Assembly: GCF_036321535.1 (NCBI RefSeq)
Contig: NC_087466.1
Location: forward strand, 2,914,001-2,978,000
Length of the DNA stretch: 64,000 nucleotides
Origin: Camelus dromedarius
Lineage: Eukaryota
Direction of reading: 5' to 3'
Part shown: positions 33,351-45,100 of the stretch, piece by piece
Numbering within the stretch: the stretch's first letter is position 1
How the letters are laid out: every line of letters begins with the position of its first letter
Notes under the pieces: model-generated
Told to the model about the DNA's origin: nothing
Seen by the model: the letters and a program-made list of their open reading frames with translations, nothing else
The model's database searches: none
Program-made: the position numbers and the translations under genes

Positions 33351-33565
33351 TAAATACTTAAAAAAAACAAAAACTGCACACTCAGCAAATTTCAAGAACA
33401 CCATGCAGTGTTGTTAACTCTGGTCACCAGGCTGTGCATTAGATCTTCATAACTTTTTTGTCGTCGGTATCCAAAACTTTATACCCTTTGACCAACATCT
33501 GCCCATGTGCCCCTCTCTCCAGCTCCTTGTAACCCATTCTGCTCTCTGCTTCTAAAAGCTCCACC

Positions 33566-33660
33566 TTTTTTTTTTTTAATGGAGGTACTGGGGATTGAAC
33601 CCAGGACCTCGTGCATGCTAAGCAGGTACTCCACCACTGAGCTACACCGTCCCCTCTCCC
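33566..33660 (-). mobile_element. tRNA-Ala-derived SINE
   Basis: Poly-T then 'aatggaggtactgggattgaacccaggacctcgtgcatgctaagcaggtactccaccactgagctacacc'. Confidence 0.85.
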
Positions 33661-34241
33661 CATCATTTTGAAGATGGAGAAGCAGAGGCCCAGAGGAGGG
33701 ATGTAGCAAGCTCAGGAAGTTCGACTGAGGAGCAGCAAGACCAGTGGTCAAATTCTAGGCGTACATTGGGGCGAAGTGAGTGACCACGCAGACCTCAAGC
33801 CCTGAGGATTTGCCGCTTGTTAGCAACACGATCTCTGGAGCGTGGGACCAAGAGCACGGACGCCGGAGCCCGACTTTCTGAGCTTGTAATCACTCGGTGC
33901 CTCAATTTCTTCATCCCTAAAATGGGGACAACGGGAACTTCTGACGCACGCTACATCGGGTTTGAGCCTTGAAGACGTCGTCCTCTGGGAGAAGAGCCGG
34001 GGACTGGGGCCCCTCTGCGCGCCCCCGCCCACCCCAGGCGGACCTTCCCGGTTCCGCGCGCTGGGCCCAGCCCCCGCCCAGCCCGCAGACCCGCCGCGCA
34101 CGGGCGATTGGACCCAAGTGCGAGGCCCGGGCGCCAATGGGGAGAGGCCGGGGGGTGGGCCGCGCCGCCGGTCGTCAGTCCCAGCGCCCGCCTTACTGTG
34201 TCCGGTGTCCCTGGCGTCGCGAGGCCGGCCTGCCCCCCACC

Positions 34242-37200
34242 ATGGGCCTGGAGCTGTACCTGGACTTGCTGTCCCAGCCTTGCCGCGCCGTCTACATCTT
34301 CGCCAAGAAGAACAGCATCCCCTTCGAGCTGCGCACCGTGGACCTGCGCAAAGGTGGGCCCGGGCCGGGTTTGGCGGACAGAGAAGTCGGAGAGGGATCC
34401 GGGAGGCCAAACACCAGTTAGGGGGACCCTTCCCTGCGCCACCCACTTCCTGGGCCTACCCGGAAAATGTGAGCCACCAGGGAGCTCTGAGATTCAGGGA
34501 TCCCCTTCAACTCTGCTGGGTCCCATAAAACGGACAACGGGGCTCAGCTGACAGCAAATAAAGAGGTGCGGAGACATGAGGAAAAGCAAGACCTGGAGAA
34601 CAGAGTGGGGTGCACCTGGGTGTAGGGATAGGGGACCCCATGGAAAGAAATGGAGGCAGGAGGAGAGGGGTCCAGGGGGCCGCGAGTGGGGATGCGGCAG
34701 AGTGAGTGCCTCCTTTGTGGCCCCAACTGCTGAGTTTCAGCAACCGCAGGCTAAAGCCCTGCTCTCTGCTCAGGCCCCGGCTGCACTGGGTCCCCCGCCC
34801 CTGTCCCACCCCAGTCCCTTCCTCCTCCTCCAGCTTTGCCTTCACTTGCCTTGCCCTCTGCCTCTCTTATTCCTGCTGGGAAGAGGGGCACACCACCAGG
34901 GGTGCTGGGAGCAGGAGGGGGACTGCGGGGCTCCGAGCCCTGTATGCTGAGCAGAAGTGTTTGTTGCTCTAGCAGGTCTCCAAGGCCCCAAGGGCACAGC
35001 TGGCATGCCAAGGCAGCTGATGGGTGGGGGAAAAGCAGAAACTCCTTGTCGCTGGGAGAGGGGCAAGTAGGAAAACTCAACTTGGCTGAGCCATCCACCC
35101 AGTGCTCCCGCTACTGTGGGCCTCGCCAGCCATCATTCCTGTGGACCAGCCTGCCCCTCCGCCTGAATCACCATCTCTTCCCATCCTCCTCTGGGCACTG
35201 CCCACGTGTTCTGCCCAGGAGTTACCTTGCAGAATGTGGGGTAGGGGAGAGGGCTTGGGAACAAAGGGATGCCCCAGCTGGGCTGTCAGATAGAGGGTGC
35301 AGTGGGAGGTGGGGAGGGGAGGGTCCCTGGTGAAAGAACGGTCTGAAGATGGAGGCGAGGGTGTGGTTTAGGTGGAAGATGCAGGCAATAGTGTAGGGCT
35401 TTGAGGTGCTTCTCCCTGATCCTGTGTTACTAGGGAGCCACTGAAGGCTGTTGAGCAGGGCAGCTATGACACGTAAGTGCCCCTCAGAAGCTTCTCTCTG
35501 GTTGCATCTGAAGGAACAGAAACCACTCATATGAGCTCAAAGCAGAGGTCAGGGTCCTCTGGGGACACTGGGCGGCATCTTTCAGGGGCTGTGATGGGAC
35601 AAGAATGCAGAGCCTAAAGATGGGGCCATCTCTCTCCCCAGTGCCCAGGGCAGGGTGGGCCAAGGGACACAGTGAGGCAAGGGGAAGTTGATTGCTAGTA
35701 AGTAGACACCAGGAAAAGGTCATCTGTCTGTATTAGGGGACCCTACCTTCCAGTACATAGGGAAAGGGGCACTGGAGGGAGTCAGAGTCCACTCAGGTGG
35801 CCAGCCGCCCCACCCCTGCAGCTGGGGACACCTGCCTGTAAGCTCCTGATGCTGGTGATGGTGGAAAGGCAGTGAGCGGGGGTGCCCTGGCTGGAGCATC
35901 TTGGTCTCTGTTTTATGAGGTGGGGATGCTGTGATGGGGGAGGTGATGCCCCCAGGACTTGGCAAAGGATGTCAATGTCTATTTTGCACCAGCTGGCAGG
36001 GCAGCCTCCCCTCCCCACCACTAGCCTTTCCCACACCAGAGAGCAGCGGGGGGCTGGGAAGAGCCAGGAAACTGGGGCCTGGGCCTTGCACTGGGCAGGG
36101 TGGGGTGCATGGGCACAGCCACCCCAGGCTCAGTGTTTCCTTCTACTGTCTGCCACGGTGGGCTCTCTGCAGGCCAGCACCTCAGCGATGCCTTTGCCCA
36201 GATCAGCCCCCTGCAGAAGGTGCCTGTCTTGAAGGATGGGGACTTCACTTTGACTGAGAGGTAACCAGGGCTCTGGGACTGCCACCAGACCTCACTGGAA
36301 CCACCTCATCTGAGCTCTCTGTTTTATAGAAGAGAAACCATAGTCCTCAGAGGTGAAGGGCCCTTTGCCCAGCATCCCAGAGAGTCAGGGTTGGAACCCA
36401 GGCTCCTGCCTGTGTACCAGTTCACAGGGATAGTTGGCAGAGCAAGCTTCTTTTTAACATCTGTACCATTCCTGTGGTGGTGTGCGGGAGGGGGAAGGCA
36501 GGGGTGCAGGGTAAGGCAGCCTCATCCTCCATAGGGCAGCCCTCTGGGCAGACTTGTGCTGAGATGCCCCAGGGGCATCTAGGCTACCCAGTGGCTCTTC
36601 TCTGAGCTGCTGCTTCCCTGGGTGGGCCCCGCTTCCAGTGGTTGGACCCCCAGACACATGGATGTTTTCCAACACAGCAGTCCCAAGAAGTAGAAGTCTC
36701 TTTAGGGGAAAGTCCAGTCTTCACCCAGGTCGTCCCCTTCATCACCTAAGTCACCCCTCCCACAACAAGGGGAACCTAGAACTTTAGAACTTGCCCCTGG
36801 AATGGATGCACCCCCCAGAGGACTCCTCTGACATTCGAGCAGAGCCATCTTCCTTCCTGCTGCCCCTTACCTGAGCCCAGTGTTGCCCAGCGTTGGCTGC
36901 CTGTGGGGACCCGCCTGGGGCAGCGTGTAATCTGCATCGCTCTGAGTCTTCTCTGCCCCGAGGGAGGTCCTTTGCTCCCAGCAACCTGCAGCTTTCCTCC
37001 CAGGTCGCCCGGGCCAGTGGCAGATAGAGGTTTTCTGTCCTTTTGGCTGAGGGGTCCAGCTCTTGGGGTAACCCAAACTCCTGAAGGCCTTCCTATGGCC
37101 CCAAATTCCCACATTCAGTGTCCTTCCAGGTCCATCCTCCTCCCAACAGCGTGGCAGCCCTCATAACCCAGGACAGGAGGAGAGCCTTTTCTGTCCTGTT

Positions 37201-40200
37201 GGTCCAGGATCCTGCAGCACCCCAGTGTTTCCAGCAGGATGCTTTAGGGAGAACAAAGGGATGATAGGAAAGCCACTTTGCACAATCAGGCCATGAGGGG
37301 GTCTGAATGTCGGGCGATGGAAATGGATGCAGGCTGGAAAGAACTGAACTTCCTTAAGGCTCAGCTTTGGTGCCACCTTCTCCAGGAAGCTCTCTCTGGT
37401 CCTCCCATCAGAATCTATCTCAGAACACTTGGCAGAATACTCTGTCGTGGGATTTTGCCTGGTGATAGGATGAGCTTGGTTATTAGCCTTAGAGAGATCT
37501 CAGCTTTGCCACCAAAGGCAAGTCCCTTCCCTATTCTGAGCCTGGCTTCCTAGTCTGGAAACTGAGCAAGTACCTTGGCATGTGGTCAGGAAGATTAAGG
37601 AAAGGACTTGGTACCGTGCTTGCCCCTACCCATCACATCCTCCCCTCCCCTACAGTGTGGCCATCCTGCTGTATATGACCCGCAAGTATAAGGTCCCTGA
37701 CCACTGGTACCCCCAGGACCTGCAGGCCCGAGCCCGCGTGGATGAGTACCTGGCGTGGCAGCACATGGCCCTGCGGAGAAACTGCCTCCGGGCCCTGTGG
37801 CATAAGGTGAGTTGCCCCCACCCAGGTGGGAGGGGTGAGGGCGTCACCCCCAAAAGGGCACCATCACATTCTTAAGTTTGAATAGCTTCTATTGGCCTGA
37901 CCTTGACTTCCTCAGTCTTTCTTCTGTTTGCCTAAGCTGCTGTGAAACCCATCTTAGACGTTCTTTATTTGAGAAACGTATTTTTCAGTTCTAGAAATTC
38001 CATTTGGTTCTTTTTAGCGTTTCCATTTCTCTGCTTCAAATTCACCATCTGTTCGCCATCTAGGGGTAGTGGGGAACAAGGAGTTTATATTCCTTGATGA
38101 CTTTAACGAGAAATAAGATTATTTTCTTTCTAGTGTTGTTATGGTGGGAGCAATTGTTTTTTGTGGCCGTTGGTGTCCTAATCAGAGGTGGAACTCCTCG
38201 GGGGAGGGTATAGCTCAGTGGCAGAGCACATCCTGGGTTCAATCCCCAGAACCTCCATTAAAAAAAAAGCTATTAAAAACAAAAAAGAAGTGGAATTCCT
38301 CATTTTTTGGAAAAGTGTGTGGCTAATTCTGGTCATGACTTTCATTGTTCTCTTTCCTATAAATTTTTTTAATATAAAAAGAAACATTAAAGAACAAAAG
38401 TCAAAAGACCTCTTTGTTGCCTTTGTTCCCTCCTGAAGCCCCTGGGATCAGGTTCAAGTCCTTCCAGTTCATGGCTTTCTACATTGTTACATTTATGTGT
38501 ATCCGTAAATAAGGTTTTGCTTTGAGTGCTTGAAATTTTATATAAACGCTGTCATACCATTCTGCAACTTGCATTTTCTCGTATTCCTGTGGGTGGATCT
38601 AATTTATGTTTTTCCAACTACTCTATAGCATTTCCTTATGTGAATAAATCAGAATTTATTTATTACCCTTTGATGGTCTTTTACATTTAAAGAGGAATAG
38701 AAACACTTTAAAACCATAAGAACTTTGGAACCACCACATCAGAACAGAAGGGAAATGTAGACAGTCTGTTGCAGGGGTGAGGCAGATAATATAGACATTA
38801 TTTATATTAGAGGTGGGCCAGGTGGGGCTGGGCGGACTGATGACATTGTACCCCACCCCTCCCACCCCCAAGGAGCAGCTTCTCCCCAGCAGCAGGCTTA
38901 GATGCTGAGCAGGGAAGCCAGGTAGGAATTCTGGCTCTGTGTGGCCAGCACTTTTATGTTAAAAAAAAGCTGGAAATCTGGACTTTTGTTATGAAATGTC
39001 TCCACTTTTAAATGTCACCAACTGACCCATAGCTTTAAAAACTCTGCAGCCAAAGGAATGTCATTAGCCCAGCACTGGCCTCCAGGCCACGGCTGGACGA
39101 TCACTGACCTTGTCTACCTTGTTTGGGGGAGAAAACTGAAGCCACTAGGGCGTGTGTACAATCCTAGCCCTATTTACCTTTCCAGAGTCTCAGGCTCCCC
39201 AGCCACTGTGTCCCCTGACAGCTCTGTCAGGCCTGAGATTGTTGATGGCTTTGCCCTAAAATGCCCTCCCCCTGGGATCCTGGATGCCACCCTCTCCCGC
39301 TCTCCTCCTTAGTAGCTCATTGGGGCAGAAGACATCAGTTCCATGCTTGGCTTAGTCTTTTCTTGGCTGTGCCATCTCAGGCAACTGATCGTCCCTCTCT
39401 GGGCTTTACTTTTCCCCTTAGATGAACCGTGTACTATTATTCCTATTTCATAGATGAGGACACAGAGGCTCAGAGGGTTTGGGTGTTTTGCTCTCGTTCA
39501 CGTAGTTTAGAAGCGACAGAGTTGAGACCTTAAAAGCTTAGCCTCCTGGTTATCTGGTTGAGGTACTGATTTTACATTGTGGGGAAAGCAGTTAAAAAAT
39601 AGGTTGTTCCTAAGCCAACCCCGGCCCCTCAAAGTATTAAACTCATTGTTCAGATCTCAGAGGGGCTTGTGTCCTTCTTCAGATGCCCAGGGCTCAGCCA
39701 ATCAGAGACTGTGGAAGCAGGAACAGTTCCAGGATAAGGAGTCCTTTAGGAATTTCCCTGAAGGCCTAGCCAGGCGGTGGAAGAAAGATGCACAGAACCA
39801 GGAAGTGGGGGGGGGGTGTTGGGGGAGGCCTTCCTGCCCCGAGGCTGGGATGGCCCCTAACCCCCCTTTGCCTGCCCGCCCACCAGGTGATGCTCCCTGT
39901 TTTCCTGGGTGAGCCGGTCTCTCCCGAGATGCTGGCGGCCACGCTGGCAGAGTTGGATGTGACCCTGCAGGTGCTTGAGGACAAGTTCCTCCAGGACAAG
40001 GCCTTTCTTGCCGGGCCCCACGTCTCTCTGGCTGACCTGGTAGCCATCACAGAGCTGATGCATGTAAGTACTGTGGGCAGCGGTGCCGCTGAAGTCCTGC
40101 TCACACTGCCCCACCTGGGTGGGACTGTGCTTATGTGTGGAAACCTTCCCAAACCAGGCAGATGTGCCATGCTTGGCTTCACCCATCCACCCCTATCCTA

Positions 40201-40413
40201 TCCACTCTCTCCCTATAGCCTGTGGGTGCTGGCTGCCAAGTCTTCGAAGGCCGACCCAAGCTGGCTGTGTGGCGCCAGCGTGTGGAGGCAGCAGTTGGGG
40301 AGGTCCTCTTCCAGGAGGCCCATGAAGTCATCCTGAAGGCCAAGCACTCTCAGCCTGCAGACCCCACCATAAAGCAGAAGATGATGTCCAGGGTGCTGGC
40401 CATGATCCAGTGA
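34242..40413 (+). CDS. GSTT1: Glutathione S-transferase theta-1, 240 aa, 5 exons
   Basis: Exons 34242-34353, 36173-36260, 37656-37806, 39887-40063, 40219-40413 (723 nt), GT-AG, open frame; GSTT1-type segments [25 protein letters not shown] and [28 protein letters not shown]...PADPTIKQK; GC-rich promoter with CCAAT boxes at ~34105 and ~34134. Confidence 0.93.
38200..38286 (+). mobile_element. Internally deleted tRNA-Ala-derived SINE
   Basis: 'ggggagggtatagctcagtggcagagcac[deletion]atcctgggttcaatcccc'; TSD gaggtggaactcctc (38185-38199) / gaagtggaattcctc (38287-38301). Confidence 0.85.
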
Positions 40414-40642
40414 GCCTGGAAGCCTTTCTCCTGTTCTACCCTTGGCAGTTCACAAAGCACCTTCATTTCCAATGTCTCATGGGAGGGGGACCTGGAGAGC
40501 AGGAGTGACTTGCCTGAGTCCCACAGCACCTTTGCTCCCTGGGCCACGTCCTCTCCCCACCCCATCTTCACAGCTGCCTGAAAGTCATGATTAGCCCTGA
40601 TCTTGTCTCCTTTAACGACTGCATTTTCTTTTCAGTTTGGGA

Positions 40643-40648
40643 AATAAA
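40643..40648 (+). terminator. GSTT1: GSTT1 polyadenylation signal AATAAA
   Basis: AATAAA 230 nt after stop. Confidence 0.75.
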
Positions 40649-42128
40649 CCTGGGCTCAGCCTGAGCCTCTGCTTCTAAATCTAATGTGTGATTTATTTGA
40701 CCTTCCTTTTGCCCTGGCTGTGGTCTTGGCTTCTATTCAAAAGACAGCCCCCTTTCCTAGGCCCTGTGGGTCAGCTGCCCCTAGCCCCCAACTATGGCTT
40801 CCAAGAGTGAAATGAACAAATGCCTTCTAGTTCTTAGAGAAAGACAGCAGGGGTAGCAGCCATCCACATGTGTTTGCTGCAGGCATACTGATCCAGCCTC
40901 CTAGGACATGGCCCTTTGGCACCAAGGACTGTAAATCATGAGTCCTGAGGAATTGGTCGGACAGGGAAAACCCAAGTAACTCTTGGGATTAGGACTCAAT
41001 CATGCAGGGCCTTAAATGCCACACCTAGGAGCTGCAAACCATAAACAGAAACAGAGTGCTCAGACTGCCTTTTGGAATAATATTCCGGCTGCTGGTGGGG
41101 GTTGGACTGGAGGGTGGCCCGAGAGGGAGCAGGGAGATTAGATATTGCAGTAATCTGGCCAAAAGTGACTGTGGAGGAGGGCAGTCCACTGAAGGGGGTG
41201 GAGAACATGGCCTGCCCAGCCTGCAGAGGGCTTCAGCACTTGGCCAGGAAGGTGCCCTCCTGGGGAGACAGGTCTTCCTCATAGTGGGAGCAGGGGGCCC
41301 AGGGAGGCCAAGCTATTCTCAAGTTTTCCAAAATGGATCCTCTTGCCAAGGGGCTTTCTCTGAATGCTGGGTTTGGGGCCAGGGTCTTTTTACCCAGGAG
41401 GCTCTCTAAGAGAGGGGGCTTGGGGTTGGGAGGATTTGGCCCTGCAGAGGAAGTGCGGGGGCTCCAGGCCCCTCTGCAGACCTCTAGATGGGCCCCATAG
41501 GGCTTCTGCTTTTCTGGAGGGATTAGCTGGGAGCGGAGCGTAAAATAATTTGACCCCGGGGATTGGGGAGGGGCATCCTCCTGGGGTGTGGACACCGCCC
41601 AGACACCCTCCCCAGCCTCCATCCTGGGCACTGGGCCCAGGGGCTGCTGCTCCTTTCTCCTCCTCCTCCAGTTGTGTTCCCCGGGGTCTCTGAAGTCCGT
41701 CCTCCCTCAGCCCCCTCCCTCACTGGGGGAAAGGGGCTTCGGCCAACTGCCTGCAGCGCAGCCCTTTCAACCCTAAATTCACTGAGGGTCTGCGCTGCAA
41801 GCGCCCTTGACGCCGTCTCCCCGGTACCATCCTCCCGCCCCATTTGACGCAGGTAGGCACTGTGGTCCAGGGAAGGGGAGTGACCTGGCGGCGAGACCCG
41901 GGTCAGAGTCCGTCTCTCGGTGTCCACTCCGCCAAGAAAGAGACTTGACGCGGGGAACCCCGGAGAGGGAAGGCGGGGGAGCAGGGCCGCTGATGATTGG
42001 CCCAAAGTTGTATGACGCAGTCCAATAGGAGGGGAGGGCGTGGCCGGGCTCGGGTCCCTGCGGAGCGCGGCCGCTGGCTGGGTCCCTGGCGGTTCCTGCC
42101 CCCCCGTTCCTGCCCCCGGGCCCGTCCA

Positions 42129-42189
42129 CCGCCCGCCGCCCGCCGCCCGCCGCCCGCCGCCCGCCGCCCGCCGCCCTCGCCCTCGCCCT
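42129..42189 (+). repeat. GC-rich tandem repeat (CCGCCCG)6 + CCGCCCT + (CGCCCT)2 directly before GSTT3 ATG
   Basis: Direct reading: six perfect heptamers 42129-42170; repeat ends 10 nt before ATG at 42200. Confidence 0.95.
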
Positions 42190-42199
42190 CGCCTCCGCC

Positions 42200-45100
42200 A
42201 TGGGCCTGGAGCTCTACCTGGACCTGTTGTCCCAGCCCTGCCGTGCCGTCTACATCTTCGCCAAGAAGAACGGCATCCCCTTCGAGCTGCGCACCGTGGA
42301 CCTGCTAAAAGGTGGGTCCGGCAGGCAGGCTCGGGGGCTGGGCCCCCGCTTCCACACGGACCCCCGCGCCACACGGTCGGGCGACCTGTGCAGACAGATG
42401 GGAAAAGACAGACTCCCGTCGGAAACCGTGGTATCGCCCATTGGTTGTGTATTTTCAGTGTCTCGCCCTTTGCCTAATGAATACTAACCGTTCTTTAATA
42501 TACAGGTTAAGAGGGAACAGAGCAGGCAGAGAGCAGTGGGGGTGTGGATGTGTGGGAAAGTGTAGGGAAGTGGAGGAAGGGACCCGATACCTCCGTACTG
42601 GGGCTGGGAGAAAGCAATGAAACTGTCTCCTCCTTCCCAGTAGAAGCAGTTCCCCTCTCTTGAGTTTCTGCATCTGACGACAGGAGAAGGCTGTCCACCT
42701 GCATCTGGTCTCCTCTTTACTCCTACCAGTGCCTGCCTAGGTCCCCACCACTTCTACAGAATCCAATGGCGGGGGCAGGGTGCAACCGGACAGCAGGGCA
42801 ACCTCTGGGTTCAGAGACCCTCAGGCAGGCCAGGAGGGAGAGCCCTGCTTGGCTGAGCCTGCCCACCTTCTGCCTTTGGTGCCCCAGCCTGGACCACCAG
42901 CTGCTTGGGTGCCACTTTGCTTTGCCTTTTCAGCCCTCTTTGGGGGTGGGGGCTGGGCAGAGGCAATTTCTTCAGGGAGAATGTGTAGGGGTGACTCAGT
43001 TCACCCAGTAGAAGGGCAAAGAGGCCAGAAGGTGGTCCTATGGCCAGGTTGGAGCCTGGCTCCACTGAGGCCCCTCAATGCCACACATTAATTGGTGTAT
43101 CCTCCGCACTGGCCCTGGCTGAGGAGGTATGCAGAAGTGAGTCAGACCCAGGAACCCCCCTGGGGGAGGAGCCTTGAAGGTTTGGCACAGGAAGGAGAGA
43201 AGAGCTGACCTGCCTGATGCTGAGTGGCTGAGAAGGGAAGGGATTGCTGGTGAGAGTGAGGATTGCGGAGGGCTGGAGCTCAGGGGTGTGGGCGGCTCAC
43301 CCAGTTGAAGTAGAAACATGAATTTCAGGGGACAAGCCTAGAGCCCAGGGAGGAGGCTGGAGTGTCTGACGTAGGGGTGGAGTTGGGTGGGGCTGGGGGG
43401 GTTACAGCTGCAGGAAGTCACCCTCCCCTCAAGCCCAAGTGGAGATGCTAATTGGCCCAGGTTCCAAAGAGGGTGGACAGAGAAGGGTGGACCTCTGGTG
43501 GGCTCAGTGTGTGTGATTCAGTGACCAGCAGAGTGGCCTCCTCTTCCCTGATGCCCCACCTGGAGAGAGGCCTCAGAAAGCTGGTGCCTGGACTTTGGGG
43601 GTGGGGTAGGAATAGATCTGAGAGCTTGGAGTTCTCCCCACCTGCCTCACTGGTCTCTCCCACAGGCCAGCACCACAGCGATGACTTTGCCCAGGTGAAT
43701 CCCCTGAAGAAGGTGCCAGCCTTGAAGGATGGGGACTTCACCTTGGCTGAGAGGTAATAGGTCCCTGGGCTGCTGCCTGGCCTTGTAGGGCCAGTAAGCC
43801 ATCTGTGTGTCCACTGTTGATGGCTTGGATCATGGCTTGTGTGCCCTGAGCACCCTGAGCACCTGTGCTGGTCCCAGGGTAGAGTGGGTTGAAATGGGCA
43901 GAGGTGCCCAGGACTGGGAGGGGCAGCTGATCTTACTCCTGGTGCTGTCCATGCTCTGGATATTTTGGGGAGTGGTACTGGAGTTGCTTTCATCCTTCAG
44001 GACCCAGGTGGGCTCCCCTTCCTAGTGGAAGCTTTCTCTGAGCATGCCCCTATTTTCTGAAATCCCATGGCATTTTGTTTTTCACTTGGTGCCCTCAGGT
44101 CAGATCATGGGATGGCCCAATGTAGAGATGTGTGATCCTGGGCAATCAGTTGACCTCTCTGAGCCTCACAGTCCTACTCTGTACCATGGAGATGGTGAAA
44201 TGCTTCACCTACGGGAGCTGGGGAAAGACACATGAGGGGCAGGGGCCTGCCTCACCCAGGGCCTGGGCCCTGTGGAATGGCTCGAAAGTGACTAGGGCAT
44301 GTCCCCTGCACCCACCACATCCCCCAGTGTGGCCATCCTGCTGTATCTGAGCCGCAAGTATGAGACGCCCGACCACTGGTACCCCCAGGACCTGCAGGCC
44401 CGAGCCCGCGTGGACGAGTACCTGGCATGGCAGCACACGGCCCTGCGAACTAGCTGCACCAGGACCCTGTGGCAGAAGGTGAACCACGGGGGGAGGGGGC
44501 GGGGGAGGGAGCCCTCCCAGGATGCTCGGGGGATGGTGCTTTCTGTCTAAAACATTCCATTCAGACCTGAGACTTCAGAACACCAAATTCTAGAATGCCA
44601 GAGACTCCCTAGTCCAACTGGCTTGTTTCCTAGAGGGGAAACCAAGGAACAAAGCTGGGAAGTGACTCCCCCAATCTGCCTTGATTCCTGAGCTGCTGGA
44701 AATTAATCCCTTTTGCACATTCCAGGCTGCCTGGGAATATTGCCTTATGGGGGAGAAAAGAATTGAACCCCCCTTTGCTACACACATACTTTCCAGATGG
44801 AGAGGTGTTCAGGAAAAAAACCTGGAAGAAAAAAATGTTAATCTGACTTCTGGATAGGCAAGAATTTATAACCCTAATAACAGTGGGAGACTTAAAAAAA
44901 GACTAATCAACTTTACACAGTGAAATTTGTATATGGAAAAAAAAAGAATTAAACTTAAAACAGGTAAAAAACTGGGAAAGATCTTGGCAGTTATGTTAGA
45001 AAGAAGTAAAATTATTTTTTTAAGTTTTTAAATAGATTTTTTTTTCTTTTGGGGGTTAATTAGGTTTATTTATTTATTTGTTTGTCTGTTTATTTAATGG

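Noticed and set aside
34137-34241. In-frame upstream ATG that would add 35 aa to GSTT1
   Set aside because: The ATG is part of the promoter CCAAT box (gccaATGg), most likely upstream of the transcription start; extension is low-complexity GC-island translation.
41523-42374. 283-aa minus-strand ORF with RRAAGGG repeats (and similar long ORFs at 7637-8485, 33820-34446, 54310-54954)
   Set aside because: Shadows of CpG islands and of the heptamer repeat; no homology recognised.
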